From Adineta vaga (taxonomy: Eukaryota > Animalia > Rotifera), in the NCBI GenBank assembly GCA_021613535.1, contig CP075497.1, positions 13,826,001 through 13,890,000 on the forward strand: DNA of 64,000 nucleotides, read 5' to 3'. Position numbers and translations under genes: made by a program. The notes below the pieces were generated by a model. It searched no databases, had not been told where the DNA came from, and was given only the letters and a program-made list of their open reading frames with translations. Shown in pieces: positions 38,388 through 53,315 of this stretch. The stretch's first letter is position 1. The number at the start of each line of letters is the position of its first letter.

Positions 38388-41300
38388 TCAAAGCATACAA
38401 CATTGACATGTATTCAAGAAAATGTTAACAGTATTTAGTCCTACATCTGTGATTGCAAGATCTAATTTTCCATCCATATTGATATCTTTTGCTAGAATTG
38501 CCAACGGTATACTTTTATCTTTAACTCCAGTTGAAAATGTTATATGGTTTATAAATGTTCCATTATTAGCTCCAAGTAATATATTTATATTATAAGCGCT
38601 ATTACTAGTAAAAGCAATATCTGTTTGATTATCATTATTAAAATCACCGACAACAAGTGATCTAGGAAAAGCATAGACACCAGTAGACGATATAACTGGT
38701 GTTCCGAAGCTTTCATTACTATTCCCAAATATTATAGCTACTTGATCACTTCGAGAACTGGCAATAATAAGATCCAAATGAGTGTCATTATTGAAATGGC
38801 CCACTTCAATTGAATCTGGATAATTAATCGATTCAATAAAAAATGTCATTGGTTTACTGAAAGATCCATTGTTATTATTAATTAGTACATAATATATACC
38901 TTTTTTGACATTACTAGTAATAACGAGATCTAATTGACCATCATTATTGAAGTCACCCGTAGCAACTGATGATGGAGAACTGCAATTATTATCACATAAA
39001 TTTGTATGTGTTATATAAATTCCACTCTTGTTATTATAAATTATGAATACTATTTCGTTATGTAAACTAAGAAAGATCAAATCTAAATAACTGTCATTGT
39101 TAAAATCATTCATAATAACTAAGAATGGTTGAATAATTCCAAGTCTATATATTATTGGATATGAAAAAGTTGCATTCATACTACCATATCGTATAGATAA
39201 AGTACCAGAAATCGAATTAGGGACAATCAAATCTGAAAAGCCATCTTTGTTAAAATCACTGAACCAAATTGATGTAGCACATACACCAAGAGTATCGTAT
39301 TTGTTCTGTGTTTTAAAAAGTCCGTCGTGAGTGGTAAACAGAATACTTAAGCTCGTATCATCACAATCAGTAACAGCAATATCTAAATAATTATCGCCAT
39401 TAAAATCATTGATAGTAATTGAATTTGGATAAGAATTAGGACCAGTATTATATGAAAATATTGATTGAAATGTCAGTTGACAATCTAGTTCTAAAAAGAA
39501 AACGAATTCAGTTTCAATATACAATCTGATCTGAACGAAAGTATTGAAGCGTTAAAAACACAAATTTGTACTCATCTTCCCACGGACTGTGATAAATATA
39601 CGTTAATATAAGGTCATAATGAATTTTGCAAGGGATTACGCAGAATACTTTTGTTAGTTGACCGAATTTGAAGCTGTTTCCGTGTGAGAAATTTATGAAT
39701 ATTTGAAAAACAAGTGCTCATACTTTAAATGAAAATTAATATGTATAAAAATCTCCAATGGCATACGTACTTGGCAAATCCGTACTGTTCATTGTCGAAA
39801 TAATTGAAGTTGTTATTATAATAGCTGTGTTATTGTTTGAGGATACTAATAGTAAAATAACAAAATAATGGTGCAAATTGAAAGTTTGTATGTTAAAGGA
39901 AAAGGGCAACAGCAGCGATAATCGTTTTCCGAATCAAGTTATATTGTGATATAATATTTGGATCAAATTACAGTAAAACCTCTCTATGATGAATGCTAAC
40001 AGGATCGCTCAAAATGCGTTCATTATAAATTAAATGTATGCTTACATATAAAGAGTAGATGATGACTGTCACAGATTAATCAGTATGAATCTTTTTTGTA
40101 GTATTTATCACACACCTTACGGGTTTAAGTGAATGTCTGGAAATTTTACCCAAATTCTCAATCATATTCTTTATTTTCTTTTTGGTGATTGCTAATGAAT
40201 TTTACTGTCCTCTCATAAGTGTAATAGAACAAAACTCATATTTCTGTCATCTACATGCGATAGATCAGTTCAATTTGAACTTTTGATACACATTTGTAAG
40301 AAACAGATCATCAATGAGTTTGCATTAACAGAGGTTTTACTGTAATAGTTTTTTTTTATTGAAATCATTCTTAAATTCTGTTTCTAACCTTCTGTTAAAA
40401 GAAATATTTCATGCGTTTAATTATTCTGTAAATACAATAACTAAATAATCATACTTAATGATATAGTATTTGCATCTGTTTGTTGATTGAAGTGAATAGA
40501 TACAATAATCATAGCCACAATCATAAATATTAATAGAATAAAACCCAAGATGAAACAATACATTAATGTAGAAAACAATTTTGTTCTAGAAAAGAAAACT
40601 ATGATTCATAAGTGAGATTTTGAAAATAGAAGTAATATACGTTCGTGTTGAAGATGTAGATATAGAATTCACATCTGTAATGACTTCGTAAATGTTCGTA
40701 ACAGTTTCATCTGTAGTACTTTCAATAGTAGATACAGGATCAATAATATTTCTTTTTCTCTTCGAATATTGATAGATTTTTATAATAGTAAAAACAATAC
40801 TGGGACAAATCCATTTGAGAAAGAATGTAAGACCACCATAAAGACCGAGCAGAATAGTAATTGTTTCAAATGAATTTATTTTTTGACTATATGTATATGA
40901 ACAAAACACAGGTGAACATTGATCAAAATATAATGAATAATCTTTTGTTGTTGACCACTGTTCAATAAAAAGTTTTTGTACGAGATTATTTATCGTTGTA
41001 TTGATTAAAAATTGACTTTTGTTTGTTAATACTGGTAATAATATATTTCTATTATTAGAATTATTATTAATAGTTTCTTGAATAAGTTTAATACATAACT
41101 GATTATAAAAGCATTCAAGAGTAGAAGCAAGAAGTGATTCTGTTGGTGTACATCCCATTTTCAAACCTTGAAGATGAATATTTTCAGACGAATTTAAATT
41201 AATAAACTGGGCTGATGTTGTACAATTTGCAGTTGATGCACATGAACATTCATTGTCATAAATCATTGGTTGTGTAATTGCAGAAGATATACTTAAATTA

Positions 41301-44300
41301 TACCAAGGAATAATATATTGAAAATTTGTTCCATAAGCTGTTATAATAGCATTGCCATGATTTGTACTTCGTAACAAGGAGAGAAGACGAGCAAACACTG
41401 TAGGAGCATATGATTTACTGTCTTCAATAATTGAATCAATTTGTATATCAAAGATTTTTTGTGATATAAGATTGCCAGTGACAAAACTTGATAAAAGTAA
41501 TTGATCTATTGAATTATTTACAGACTGAATAGAAAGATTACATAATTCTGCAAGAAATCGAAAATGAGCTGAGAAAAAACGACGATAATCCTTAGTATCA
41601 TAGGTAGATAGATCAAAAACTAGACCTGATGTTATATTTATTCGCCATTCATTTGAAACAATTGGACTCGAACAAATCTAAAATTAATCAAAGATAAAAT
41701 CAAAATAGAATTTATTTTATAACTAAACTATTTTTTCAGCTTACTTCATGAAATTCAGGTCGAATATTGATAAATTTGTTATACAGCGAAGAAACAGATG
41801 AACAAGGACATTGAATCGTATCATCATATTCAGCCAATAGGCGGTTGTATATCATGAGGGATGGTTGAGAAACAGTTTTTGTTAGAATTCGTGGTTGAAT
41901 GATCATATAAAAGCTGAAAATGACAAAACTTATAATTAGTAAGATAATGTAGAGCCGTGTTGCCCAACGACCAAGACTTTTCGATTGTAAACGATCAATA
42001 TTACTTCCAAAAGTTCGTATTGGAAATATGTTTACATTGATTAATGTAGTATATGACTTCATGATTAGATTTCGCATCATTTGTTTGATTCGATTGAGTA
42101 TTGGTGGACGATCTATAAAGAAAACGACAAATTAAAAAAAAAATTTTTATATTCTATTAGACACGTATAAAACATTGATCAATCATATATTAACAAACTA
42201 ACTTTGCTCTTGTCTGTTGATCTTTGGCTCTAGTAATTTATAGATAAATTGAATAAGTTGAGATATGATTAAACGTAATATTATACAAAGACCACCAATT
42301 GTAGATAATACTTTCATTATTATTCCAAAGAAATTGAAAGTATGTTTTGTATTAATATAAGTACAATAAGTCGGTGCACAACCTTCATAATAACTATCGA
42401 ATGATGATACATTATTCCATTGATCTACCATCATTTCTTTCACTATGGTTGAAAGTAGAGTATCCGGAGGAAAACGACTAGTCTTTTGATCATATATAAG
42501 AGGACGAACTTGCACCCATGATATATTGTATACAGGGGCACCTAAAAAAGCATTGACTACCGTATTATATTGTAATTGTATACACCAATCCAAATGATAA
42601 CATTTGAGTGTTGAAAGTAGCAAAGTGTCAAAGGTGGAACATCCAAGGATTATTCCAGGATCCATATCATCTTTGGATGGAATGCCAATAGTACAATACG
42701 GATCCGTAGCACAAGTACAAGTCACATCTTCTTCATATGAAGATATGAAATAGAATTGTAACTAAAAAGAACAAAAATTTTATCTTTAGTACAGCATCGA
42801 TTGAAAATAGGGATAATTTCAACTAATGGTCTACCTGAAATGGTTGCTGATTTCTAAATCCAACTGTCGTATTTGTAAGCTTTATCCCGGCATTTCTCGC
42901 GTATGCAAAAGGTTGGTCTATTTGAGTAAAAAGACGTGCTATATCAACAAGAAGATGAAAATTGACAATTAATGACTGCATAAATTGGTTGATAGTTGTG
43001 TTTAGTTGTGCATAAAAATCTAAATCGATCAGTACATCTGAAGTGATTATAGTCTGTTCATAAAAGCGATTGATAGCATCATTTAGTGTTTTATTAGATA
43101 ATTGACAAAGACCAGATAACAATCGAAAATGTGTTGCCGTAAAACCAAGAAAAACATATCGAGCACTAGTTGAACCGTCGGTATAAATCACGTCATAAAA
43201 TGAATCGAGCAAAATCCAAGACTCAGTTATATAATCACTTGAGCATATTCGATGTAAAACTGGTGATAATGAAAGAAATTTACCATAGGGTATCGCTGCA
43301 TTTGAACAAGAACATCTGAATGTATTTGGATATAGATCTTTGAGATACTTATAGTTAGATAATGTTGGATTAGATACAATCATTGCAGTCATTTCAGTAC
43401 TTATCGATGTAAATATAATAATCAACAGAATTGAACCTTAAATGATAGAAAAAATAAAACAATAAAATAAATCAATGTTCATTAAAAATATCATTAGATT
43501 TTATTTGACAGAACTGAATCATACATTATCATTATTCGAATTGTATATATAACTGTGTATGAATTCGAGTTGTGATCGATACAACAAAGAGTTCAGTAAT
43601 CAGTCAAATCATACCTGTAAGTAAAAATAAATATATGCGTGTAGTGACATGTTGTTTATCAAGATCAGTTGCTGTTTGATGATGGATAGATTTGAATAAA
43701 TTTAATTGTTTTAACCATTGAATAAATTTTCTAATATATGTGATTGTCTGTACTAGAAATCAAAAATATAATATATATATATAAGAATAAGTTTCATTTT
43801 TCGTTTTCATTTATACTATTTTCAGTGTTACGTCTTGATAAATGATATTTGATTTGCGATAAACTTTTCACTAAGAATAGTACAACTATGCGTAATATCA
43901 TTGTAATACCACCATATAAACTGATTAGTAATGTGATTGAAAAGGTAATATTCATATGATCAACTTTTGTATATGTACAATTATTAGGAGCACATCCAGC
44001 AAAATATTTCGAATAATCTACTTTTGTTGACCATTGTTCAATGAACAAGTTATTCACACTTTCTTGTACAGATATATTTGATCTATCTAAAGATGAAAGA
44101 CCATAAGTCCAATTTAAGTTTACCTAAATAAGAAAAAACATTATTATAAAAGATAATGTTTCAAAATGAATATATACTTTGCTTAGAGCTGGAAAATAAT
44201 TCGGAAAGATTTGAAGACAAGTGATATTATAAAGACAATCAAGTGTACTTGCAAGTAAAGCATCAAGTGGAATACAACCTCCATAGAATCCATTCACCAT

Positions 44301-45960
44301 TGCAGAAGCATTAGGTATTGACCAGAGCGGATTGATAGGCCAAAAGACATGACGTCTCGAACTTACATCTAGTGATAATGAATAAAAGCCAGCAGGAGCT
44401 GTTTTACTGTTTAAATAGCATGGAAAGCCTAAAACAATACTAGAGATAGATGTGCGTGCACTCGTAGTATAAACTTCATAGAAAAGAAAACTATCGATCT
44501 TTATCAGTAGTTTCCCTTGTGTGAGATTAAAGTTGATTTCGAAGAGTCTAAAATATTGACATCGGATGTTAGTTTTCTTTTAGATATGAAAGCTCGCATA
44601 TTTTTTTAAAATTAACTCGATGATACCAGCGCATACCTATGCCCATAGCGATAAGATCTTTATCAAAATAATATGTTGGCATTTGATTAATAAAAGGCGG
44701 TGTATATTGTGAATATACAAAAATTATAGTATTGGTATTGAGAGCAGAATATAAAGAATTTGCACGAGTTGTTATTTGTATGAAATTTAAGGGTGAAACT
44801 ATTTGAGCAAGGATGTTAGTTCGAGCAATTCGAACATTTTCATCAGTATAAGATTGAACTTCACTTTCTTGTAAGAGTTGAATGGTAATAAGTTGAGTCT
44901 TATTGAAATCAACAATGCCTTGAAAAACTGTTTTTTCACACAGTGAACAAAGTGCGGCAAGAAGTTTAAACTATATATGAAATTAAAAGATTATGTGTTG
45001 TAGAAATTATTAAAATATTTTTGCTGTCTATTGAAAAAAAGGATAGTCCTGAGTATTTTTACAATAATTCAAGGACAGAGATGGTTATAATGTTCTACAT
45101 ACCGTTTTGTTGGAAATAAGACTTCGAATGATATGCTTCAACTTACTTTTTTGTTTCTGTTTTAGCAACGTTACATGATAGAGCACGTCTACCTCTACGA
45201 AATAGACACATAAAAATAGAAAAATAAATAAAAGCATATCGTTCGAAATCGACATGATTTTATGCCCCATATAATGCTAAATCTCTTAGGGCAAATTGCA
45301 TTGCAAGTCGTTAAATCTTTCCGTTGTTCAGTTTATATTGTAGAAATACTCACAACTATTCTATTTTGAACAAATAGCAGCTATAAAATTTATTTACTTG
45401 AGCACTAGCTGTTATTCGAAAATCCACGACTAAATATGCACTTGCATATTCTAGATAAAGTGCTCGAATCCATTCTTCACTAACAAAAACACTTGAACAT
45501 ATTGGATGAAATGAAACTGTCGTTGACACAAATATATCATACGATGCTGTAATATTTGTACATGGACATGAAAGTGTTTTTCCATGTTTTTCATAAAGTT
45601 GTTTGAAAAGAGATGGAGTAATATTTGATATAGTAATGATTTCAGTTTGTGGTCGAATTAATTCAACAAAAAAGAAAATATAAATAATAACTAGAAAAGA
45701 AAAGAATAGAAATATGTTTTTTGTCGTTTATATTTAATGTAAATGCCAAACAAGAATCAATCATTTCATACCTATATTTTAATTTACTTACTGATGAGAA
45801 AAGGAATATAAAATCTAGTAGCATATTTCTGATGTTTTAAAATTGTTTGTTGATCTTCTGATTCATTATTTTGATCAACATATTCATCATCTTCGCTAAT
45901 AAATATATTATAGTTTTGTATTTGTTTATCGATTGATTCAAGGAAATTTTTGATTTTCAT
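38388..45960 (-). CDS. Large multi-exon membrane protein with repeated Cys-rich/TM modules and C-terminal FG-GAP (VCBS) repeats
   Basis: ATG at 45960. Three repeated modules (TR.Y...CPCS...C.S...GC...LL.STL.C.Y...QWS...Y..YF..C.P..C.Y + TM helix). Last exon 38388-39490 has DFNGDNYLDIAV-type repeats. Intactness not verified. Confidence 0.8.
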
Positions 45961-47310
45961 ATTAAATATTAATTTAAATCTCTAAATTTACTTGTGTACA
46001 ATATCAATCATATGGATGCGAATAAAACAGATTGATTATTACAATTGAATAATATTGAAGAATACACTAATCATATATTCCATATTCAATTGAATTCATA
46101 TTATAAATCTAAATAAAATGTGTTGAATTAATTTAGATCGAAATATAATCATATATTCACGAAATTACTATTGATAAAGACGAGCAAACAAATCAAAGAT
46201 TGAACTCAAATGAACAGGAAAAAAAATAAGAAATGAACATTTTTATGATCATTTCATATTATTTATATGAATTTTTAAGAAGTAAAATTCTATATAATGA
46301 ATATTTATTGAAGCAAAAAAGAAGAATATAATAGAAAAATTTTAATTTATTTTATATCAATTACAACAGAGAAAACGCTAAGTTATTTAATGTTTCGAAC
46401 TAAAAAAGGACAAAATTAAAGTTAAAATAATACCTCGAACTAAATAAGCTATTACAAAGTTGTTAATGCAATTCATATGACATTAAAAGTGTGAAACACA
46501 ATGAATTTTCATCTATTCTGCAAGAGATAAGTAGTTTCTTTGGTTTTTCGTCAATACTATCAGATAGAAGAGAATCCACATTTCTGCATTTAAACACTTC
46601 AGTACTCTTTTTCAGAGAGTGTTCCTTAAAGATATATTAAATTTTTTCATAATAAAGACCTTCATTAAGGAACACATTCAGATAGATCCGTCTTTTGCAT
46701 ATTTCTAATACCTGAATTAAACTAATATCAAGTTGTTTATTTTTTGTTCGATTAATTTTTAAAATATTCTATTCTCTGTTCTATTTGAAATAAAAGAAAG
46801 GAAATTGAGTAGAAATGATTTCTCGTTATATTTCATTTTCTATTCATTACTTCAAAGTTTTTGTCGTTTTTTGTTATCGTAATTGTTGCTTCGTGATGAA
46901 ATAACTAGTAAGTTGACAATTACATTCTTTGCTCACTACTCAATGATTTGTATTAGTTTTTCTTTTTTTCTTTTTGTTCTTATCTGTTACAATTTCATTT
47001 CTTTTAATGAGCAAAAAGAGGTTTCTAGTCATTGTGACTTTTGAAGATAGAATAGCACCGATACGTTCAGCTATTACAGTCATCACTTATTTCCATAACT
47101 TTGATTTGTTAGTATTTCAAGAAACGTACAACATGATACTAAATTATAGTTTTAGAAAGAAATTCTTTTTCTCTTTAATTTAAATCCGGTCAAATATTCA
47201 ATAAATAGAATTCTTTTCTAAAAACAAATAATAAATAATTCGATTATTTTATAAGAAACACAAGATGTTGAATAGATCATGTAGTTTGATTGGATAATTG
47301 ATGAGATATA

Positions 47311-47392
47311 ATTCTCTCGACTGAAAGGAGGGTCATATGAAATAAAATAGTTTGTATATCTGTCTGTCTGTGGCTGTCAGGGTCAAAGGTCA
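47311..47392 (+). mobile_element. HINE/Helentron-like left end
   Basis: TTCTCTCGACTGAAAGGAGGGTCATATG, then (TCTG)n, then GGGTCAAAGGTCA; the motif recurs at 53311 and 53883. Confidence 0.55.
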
Positions 47393-47423
47393 AAAAAAAC
47401 ATTTTTTTCGGAAAATGGATCGG

Positions 47424-47766
47424 TGTGAAGCTAGCACGACGAAACAGTATGTTGCCTAAAAACTTTTAAGAAGTGTGTTCCGTCCATAGAAACTAGTCCA
47501 TTCGACTCAGAATTTAATTCTACGTCGAATGGTGCTACTTTTATTCACGGGACAAATTTTGGAAAAATTTTATCTTGGTTTTTGTCTCGTACATGGGCGA
47601 AAAATAAAGTTATAGGAAAAACATTTTCCAAAGTTTGTCCCGTGAATAAAAGTAGCACCATTCGACGTAGAATTAAATTCTGAGTCGAATGGACTAGTTT
47701 CTATGGACGGAACACACTTCTTAAAAGTTTTTAGGCAACATGTTGTTTCGTCGTGCTAGCTTCACA
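47424..47766. repeat. Long inverted repeat (~148-bp arms, ~46-bp spacer)
   Basis: 47424-47571 is the near-perfect reverse complement of 47618-47766. Confidence 0.95.
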
Positions 47767-48793
47767 TCAATATAAATCAAATAATATTATTGGCCTTTGT
47801 AGGAATTTTCACGAGACAAAATAAATACAATGATGAAAGTATAGCCTGTTTAAATATATGTTTAAAAAAATACTTTCAACCTCTACATAATAACCGTAAA
47901 ATTGTTTCTAAATGTGTGAAATTATTTATGAATAATACTTTTTATTTTGATAGAAGTCAAGATCAATTACTGGTGTATCCATCTATCATTCAAATATTAA
48001 CAGATATTCTAACAAACGAAACTAATTATTATTACTATTTGTTTGTTCTTTTTGAATTATGATTTTGACATATGCAGGACAAGAAGTTCTATCATTAAAT
48101 CCTTGAGAAATATCGATTTGATTTGTTTGCAAGCGATGTTTCATAAAAAACAACATTTATTTGTTTTTGAGATTACGAAAATGAAAATATGATGACACGT
48201 TATTTGTTTTTAAAACCAGATATTGATTATATCTTTCACAATTATCTCTGTTGCACCATTTGACTTTGTTAGAAGAAAAGTACAAAATGATTCACGTTTT
48301 TCTTTTCAAACTACTGATAGACATAAAAAAAGTACGAAAAAAAACAACTAATTTTTGCGTTCTGTCAGAACGTTGAAGGAAAAAAAATCACTTACTCTTA
48401 CGTTCTGTCACTCGATATTAATTGAATTTATATGCTATGTTCATTGTTTATAATATACAAATAGAAAAAAAAGAGATTTCTAGATGATGTTTTCCAGGTG
48501 TTCTATAACTTATAATTGAACATTTAGTTCAAAAATTTGTTTAATTTATATATCTCTCTCGAAACAATAACTCTTGTTAGATCATTTTCATGTAATATTA
48601 TTATTCATCATAACCATACACAGTTCCTTTTCTTTCTTTGATGGTTCTATTAAGCAAGTTATTTAAATAGACGAATATTTTTATCTTTTGACATTAGAAA
48701 TGGATTTGTTAACCTTTTCTATCATAGTCTTCAAACATTGGAATAAAAACGAAAGAAAAAGAAATATTTACATAGAAAATTGATTTCATTATT

Positions 48794-49030
48794 ATGGGTA
48801 AACCTGCATGGATCTATGCAGATGCAACGGTTAGATATCAAAATGGCATAAAAGCTATGCTTGAAAATGATGATTTGAAAGTAATCGAAGTTGAAAAATG
48901 TCATTGGGGTGTTTGGAATTATATTGCATTTTGGTTATCAGATGCAATAAATATAGGTATATGGATGGTAATTAGTGCTATTATAGGAAATGATCGGAAT
49001 TTATCTTGGTGGGTGTACCAACATCTATAG
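48794..49030 (+). pseudogene. NCS1 nucleobase:cation symporter (fungal Fur4/Dal4-like) N-terminal fragment
   Basis: LENDDLK...HWGVWNYIAFWLSDAINIGIWMVISAII...LSWW matches the NCS1 TM1 region; similarity ends after LSWW. Confidence 0.75.
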
Positions 49031-49749
49031 AATCATCATTCAGAATATCTCGTAGACATTTATTTCGATCTACGATTGAAATATAGTTACCTTTCTATTC
49101 ATCGTAATATCAAGATTACGTCATACCTTCACAACCTTTCATAAGAAATATTCCCTTAGTAACTACTTATATAATCACATCAGAATATACTTTTCGATAC
49201 TTATAAATAGAAAAAGCCATTGAAGGAATTCGTTACGAAATCACTCTGAGCACAAATGATATAACGTACTCTAAGAACAAAGGAATGAAGGAGTATATAA
49301 AGGAGGAGGAAGAAGCGATGGAGGGGACTGTTGATTGAGTGAAAAGTGTGGATATAGGAGTGGATATACAAGAAGCAACCGAACGGTGATTGTCGGATAG
49401 AGAAGAACAACTGAAAGAGAAGTTATTCCCTCAGATCGGTTATATCTTTTTGGTTTGGTGTTCAATCAATTTTTATGTGTGTGATTACTTTGTGTTCAAA
49501 TAAATATCAGTGAACTTGTGACAGCTTGGATCAAGTTCTACGGTTACAAAATTGTTACACATGTTTTCGTTCTCGTCCTTTCTGTATATATGACATATGC
49601 TCTCTCTTGTACCTGCTAGAAACTTCTCTTATTTCTGTCATTTTCTAGCGGGCTCCTTGATTTTCTTCATAAAAACCTATATAAACCCATTCACAGAGAT
49701 AGTAAAATCATGATATATTTCACTACATACAACTATTATACGAATACAT

Positions 49750-51601
49750 ATGGATTCGAAAAAACGCTCCGATTCCAATCAATCGAAACACTGGTCTCGA
49801 TATTCCAAGCACTCCAGTGATGAATCCAACGACGAAGATGATGATGCTGATAATGATTCTGAAGATGACGAGATACCTTCTACTCTTCAAGATAGTTCTG
49901 ACGAATCAGATGGTGGCGTGGTTGAAAAGGATTCAGATGATGAATCTGATGCTAGCACTGTTGAAACTGGAAGTAACAGTGATGATGAACCACCTAGACG
50001 CCGAGCAAAACGTCAACCACAAGTTGAACAATCACCGGTTCAAATATTTACAGCAAAATCTGGACGTCAGTGGACATCAAAGGAACCTCCCAAACGAAAA
50101 ATACCATCAGCTAATATCTTACGACAGCAAAATGGTGTTGGGCGACCAGCTACAGGTATACAAACAATTAAAGAAGCATTTCAGGTTCTGATCACTCAAG
50201 AAATGGTTCTTATTTTGGTGAAGGAAACTAATCGACGAGCTCATCTGATCTTGGAACAATGGAATAAGAACAATTCTGGTAAAGAATACCAATGGAGGGA
50301 TACGAACCTTGAAGAAATGTGGGCTTTCATTGGGCTTTTACTCCTTGCAGGTGTTCATCGAGCGAAGAATGAGACTCTGGATGAATTGTGGTCAATGATC
50401 AATGGACGACCTATATTTCGAGCAACTATGAGCAAGAATCGTTTCAAAGCCTTACTTCAGTTTTGTCGATTCGACAATACAACAACACGAGAGGAACGAC
50501 TGAAGTCAGATAAACTAACAGCAATACGAGATTTATGGACAATGTTCTTAGCTCGATTACAAATATGCTACACGCCTGGTGGATCGCTCACGGTAGACGA
50601 ACAGCTTATTCCAACGCGTGGTCGTTGCAGTTTTCGTCAATATATGCCTAGTAAACCTGGGAAATATGGACTGAAGATCTTTTGGTGTTGTGACTCAAAT
50701 ACAGCATATCCTTTGAATGCCGAAGTTTATCTTGGTCGTCAACCTGGAGCAGCAGCTGCAGCTAAAGATACAAATCGAATTCGTAATTTAGTGAAACGAT
50801 TAGTACATCCTTGGATCAATACAGGACGAACCATTACTACAGACAACTATTTTACCAGCGCAGAGTTGGCAGAAGATTTTCTAGGTGTTCAAACAACTCT
50901 TGTAGGAACTATTCGACGAAATAAAAAGGAAATTCCACGAGAGCTGCAACCAAATACTCAACGTCCTGAGCAATCATCGATATTTTGTTTTGATCGACAG
51001 TTAACACTAGTTAGTTATGTACCTAAAAAATCACATGCCGTGATTCTGTTGTCATCTCTTCATCATGATCAGACAATTGTCGACGATGAAAAGAAAAAGC
51101 CAGAGATTATTTTATATTACAATAGCACAAAAGGTGGTGTTGATCATATGGATCATATGGTTCAAACTTATTCGTGTAAACGAAAGACAAAACGATGGCC
51201 AATGACTTTCTTTTTCAACATACTTGATCTTGGTGCTCTTGCTGCTTTTGTCGTATGGATGAACCAAAAATCCTCAATGGAATGAAAAGGAAAACTACCG
51301 TCGACGTCTATTTCTAATGGAACTAGGTTATGATCTTGTTCAGTTGCATCTGGATCGACGACAACATCAACCACAGGCACTTCAAAAGAACGTTCTAGTG
51401 GCTATGCAAGCGATTGGACTAACTGTTACTACTTCACACCCAACTATTGTTTCAAAAGCTACTACTAAACAACGGTGTCATCTGTGCCCAAGAGAGCGTG
51501 ATCGCAAGGTTATGACTCACTGTTCAAGTTGTAATGCTCCCTGTTGTCCAGACCATCACAAAGTTGTTTGCACGACGTGTAGCGAAAAATTTTTAGGATA
51601 A
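49750..51601 (+). pseudogene. piggyBac (PGBD4-like) transposase with one frameshift near 51270
   Basis: TVDEQ, QYMPSKPGKYGLK, TTDNYFTS, YNSTKGGVDHMD. Removing one A from CAAAAATCC joins the Cys-rich ORF 51317-51601. Confidence 0.92.
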
Positions 51602-51757
51602 AAGTGGATTATACGAAAGTGTTTTAGAAATAAACGATAAAAGAACGAAATATAGTTTCTTTTTTAAGCTATTGAATGTTTAAGAGACAAACTATATACC
51701 ACATAATACTATCATAGTATACTACTTGAAAGGTGTATTGTACCTATCTTATTGGGT

Positions 51758-51823
51758 TGGGGTCCATGCGGACCCCAGGTGGGAAATAAGTGGTAGTCCT
51801 ACGGGTGGGCGGATGAGGGTTAA
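51758..51823 (+). mobile_element. piggyBac right end
   Basis: Subterminal palindrome TGGGGTCC..GGACCCCA and terminal ...GGATGAGGG|TTAA (51820-51823). Matching left TIR not found in the window. Confidence 0.8.
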
Positions 51824-53315
51824 TAACGTTGAAAAGATTTCTTCCATCAAATTATATTGATATTGTTCATACTTTACATCGTGTTGCTAATACATATATT
51901 GAATTGCAAAACAACTATGATCAAGCTTTTCATTATTATCAACAATGTTTGAAGATTTTAGAAGAGTATTACTCATGAAATATTCCAACGATTTCTCATG
52001 CACTCAACAATATGGGACATTTTTATTATAAACAAGTAAAATATGATGATTCTCTGAGATTACTTGAAGATCATCATTCAACGGATCATATTGAATTAAC
52101 TACGACTTTGATGAATATTGCTAATACTTTATTAAATCAAGAAAAACTCGATGAAGCTATGAATATTTATCAACGAGTTTTACTCATTCAATAAAAGACA
52201 TATTCATCGGATCATTTCCATATTGCGCAAAACTTCATCAACCTCGCGTATATATCAAGAAAGAAAAACCAATATGATAAAGCTTTAGAATTATATCAAA
52301 AAGCATTAGTAATACAAAAGAAATACTTTCCATTTGGTCATTCAGCGATTATTTATACACTTGAATGTCTTGCTACTGTTTTCAGTGATCAACGACAATA
52401 TAATCAAGCTATTAATTATCATGAACAAGTCATAGAAATGAAAAGAAGACTTTTTCCAAGTAATCCAGTAAAAATTGCCGATAGCTTAAATAATATTGCA
52501 AATATTTTCTCCAAACAAGAAAAATATGAACAAACACTCGGTCTTCAACAACAAATTTTACTTATTAATAAAAAATTCTATTCACCTAATCATGTTCAAA
52601 TAGCTACAAGTCTTAATAACATCGGCGAAGTAGTTGTTTATCTAATGAAAAAATACGAAGAAGCTTTGAAGTATTTTCAAGAAGCATTAGATATTGACAA
52701 AATACTAAACCCTCTATCCAAGAATATTCATATGATCCATAGTCAACTGAAATATAATGATGCTATTATTTATAATGAACAAGCAGTAAACATTCGAGAA
52801 AAGTTGGATCAATACAATTATGAATCAATATCTCAAATACTTTACAATATTTCATATTCATTTCGAAAACAAAATCAATTCGATGAAGCAATGGAATATC
52901 AACAACGATCGTTGAATATTCGAGAAAAACATCAAACGTTTGATTACGATAATATTGCAGATAATTACATATATATGGGTCATATACAGAATGATCAGAG
53001 AAAATTTGATGAAGCAATGGATTTCTGTACAAAAGGATTGAAAATCTATGAAGAATTTTGTCCGTTTAAACATGATAAAATTACATTATATCTTGAGCAT
53101 ATTGCATTGAATTTTGACAATCAAGGAAATTATACTCAAGCACTTGAATATCGAAGAAAAATTGAAAAAATTGAAAAAGAAAATTATCTATCAATTTATT
53201 CGACAATTGCTGATAGTCTTAATGAAATTGGGCATATACTCTGTAAACAAGAAAAATTGAATCAGTCATTAGATTATTATCAAGAAGCAAGGAGAATTTT
53301 CGAAGAATATTATTC
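51820..53315 (+). pseudogene. Tetratricopeptide-repeat (42-aa, kinesin-light-chain-like) protein with in-frame stops
   Basis: Repeats of IA.SLNNI......Q.KY..AL..YQ.AL.I; stops at ~51976 and 52192. Confidence 0.85.
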
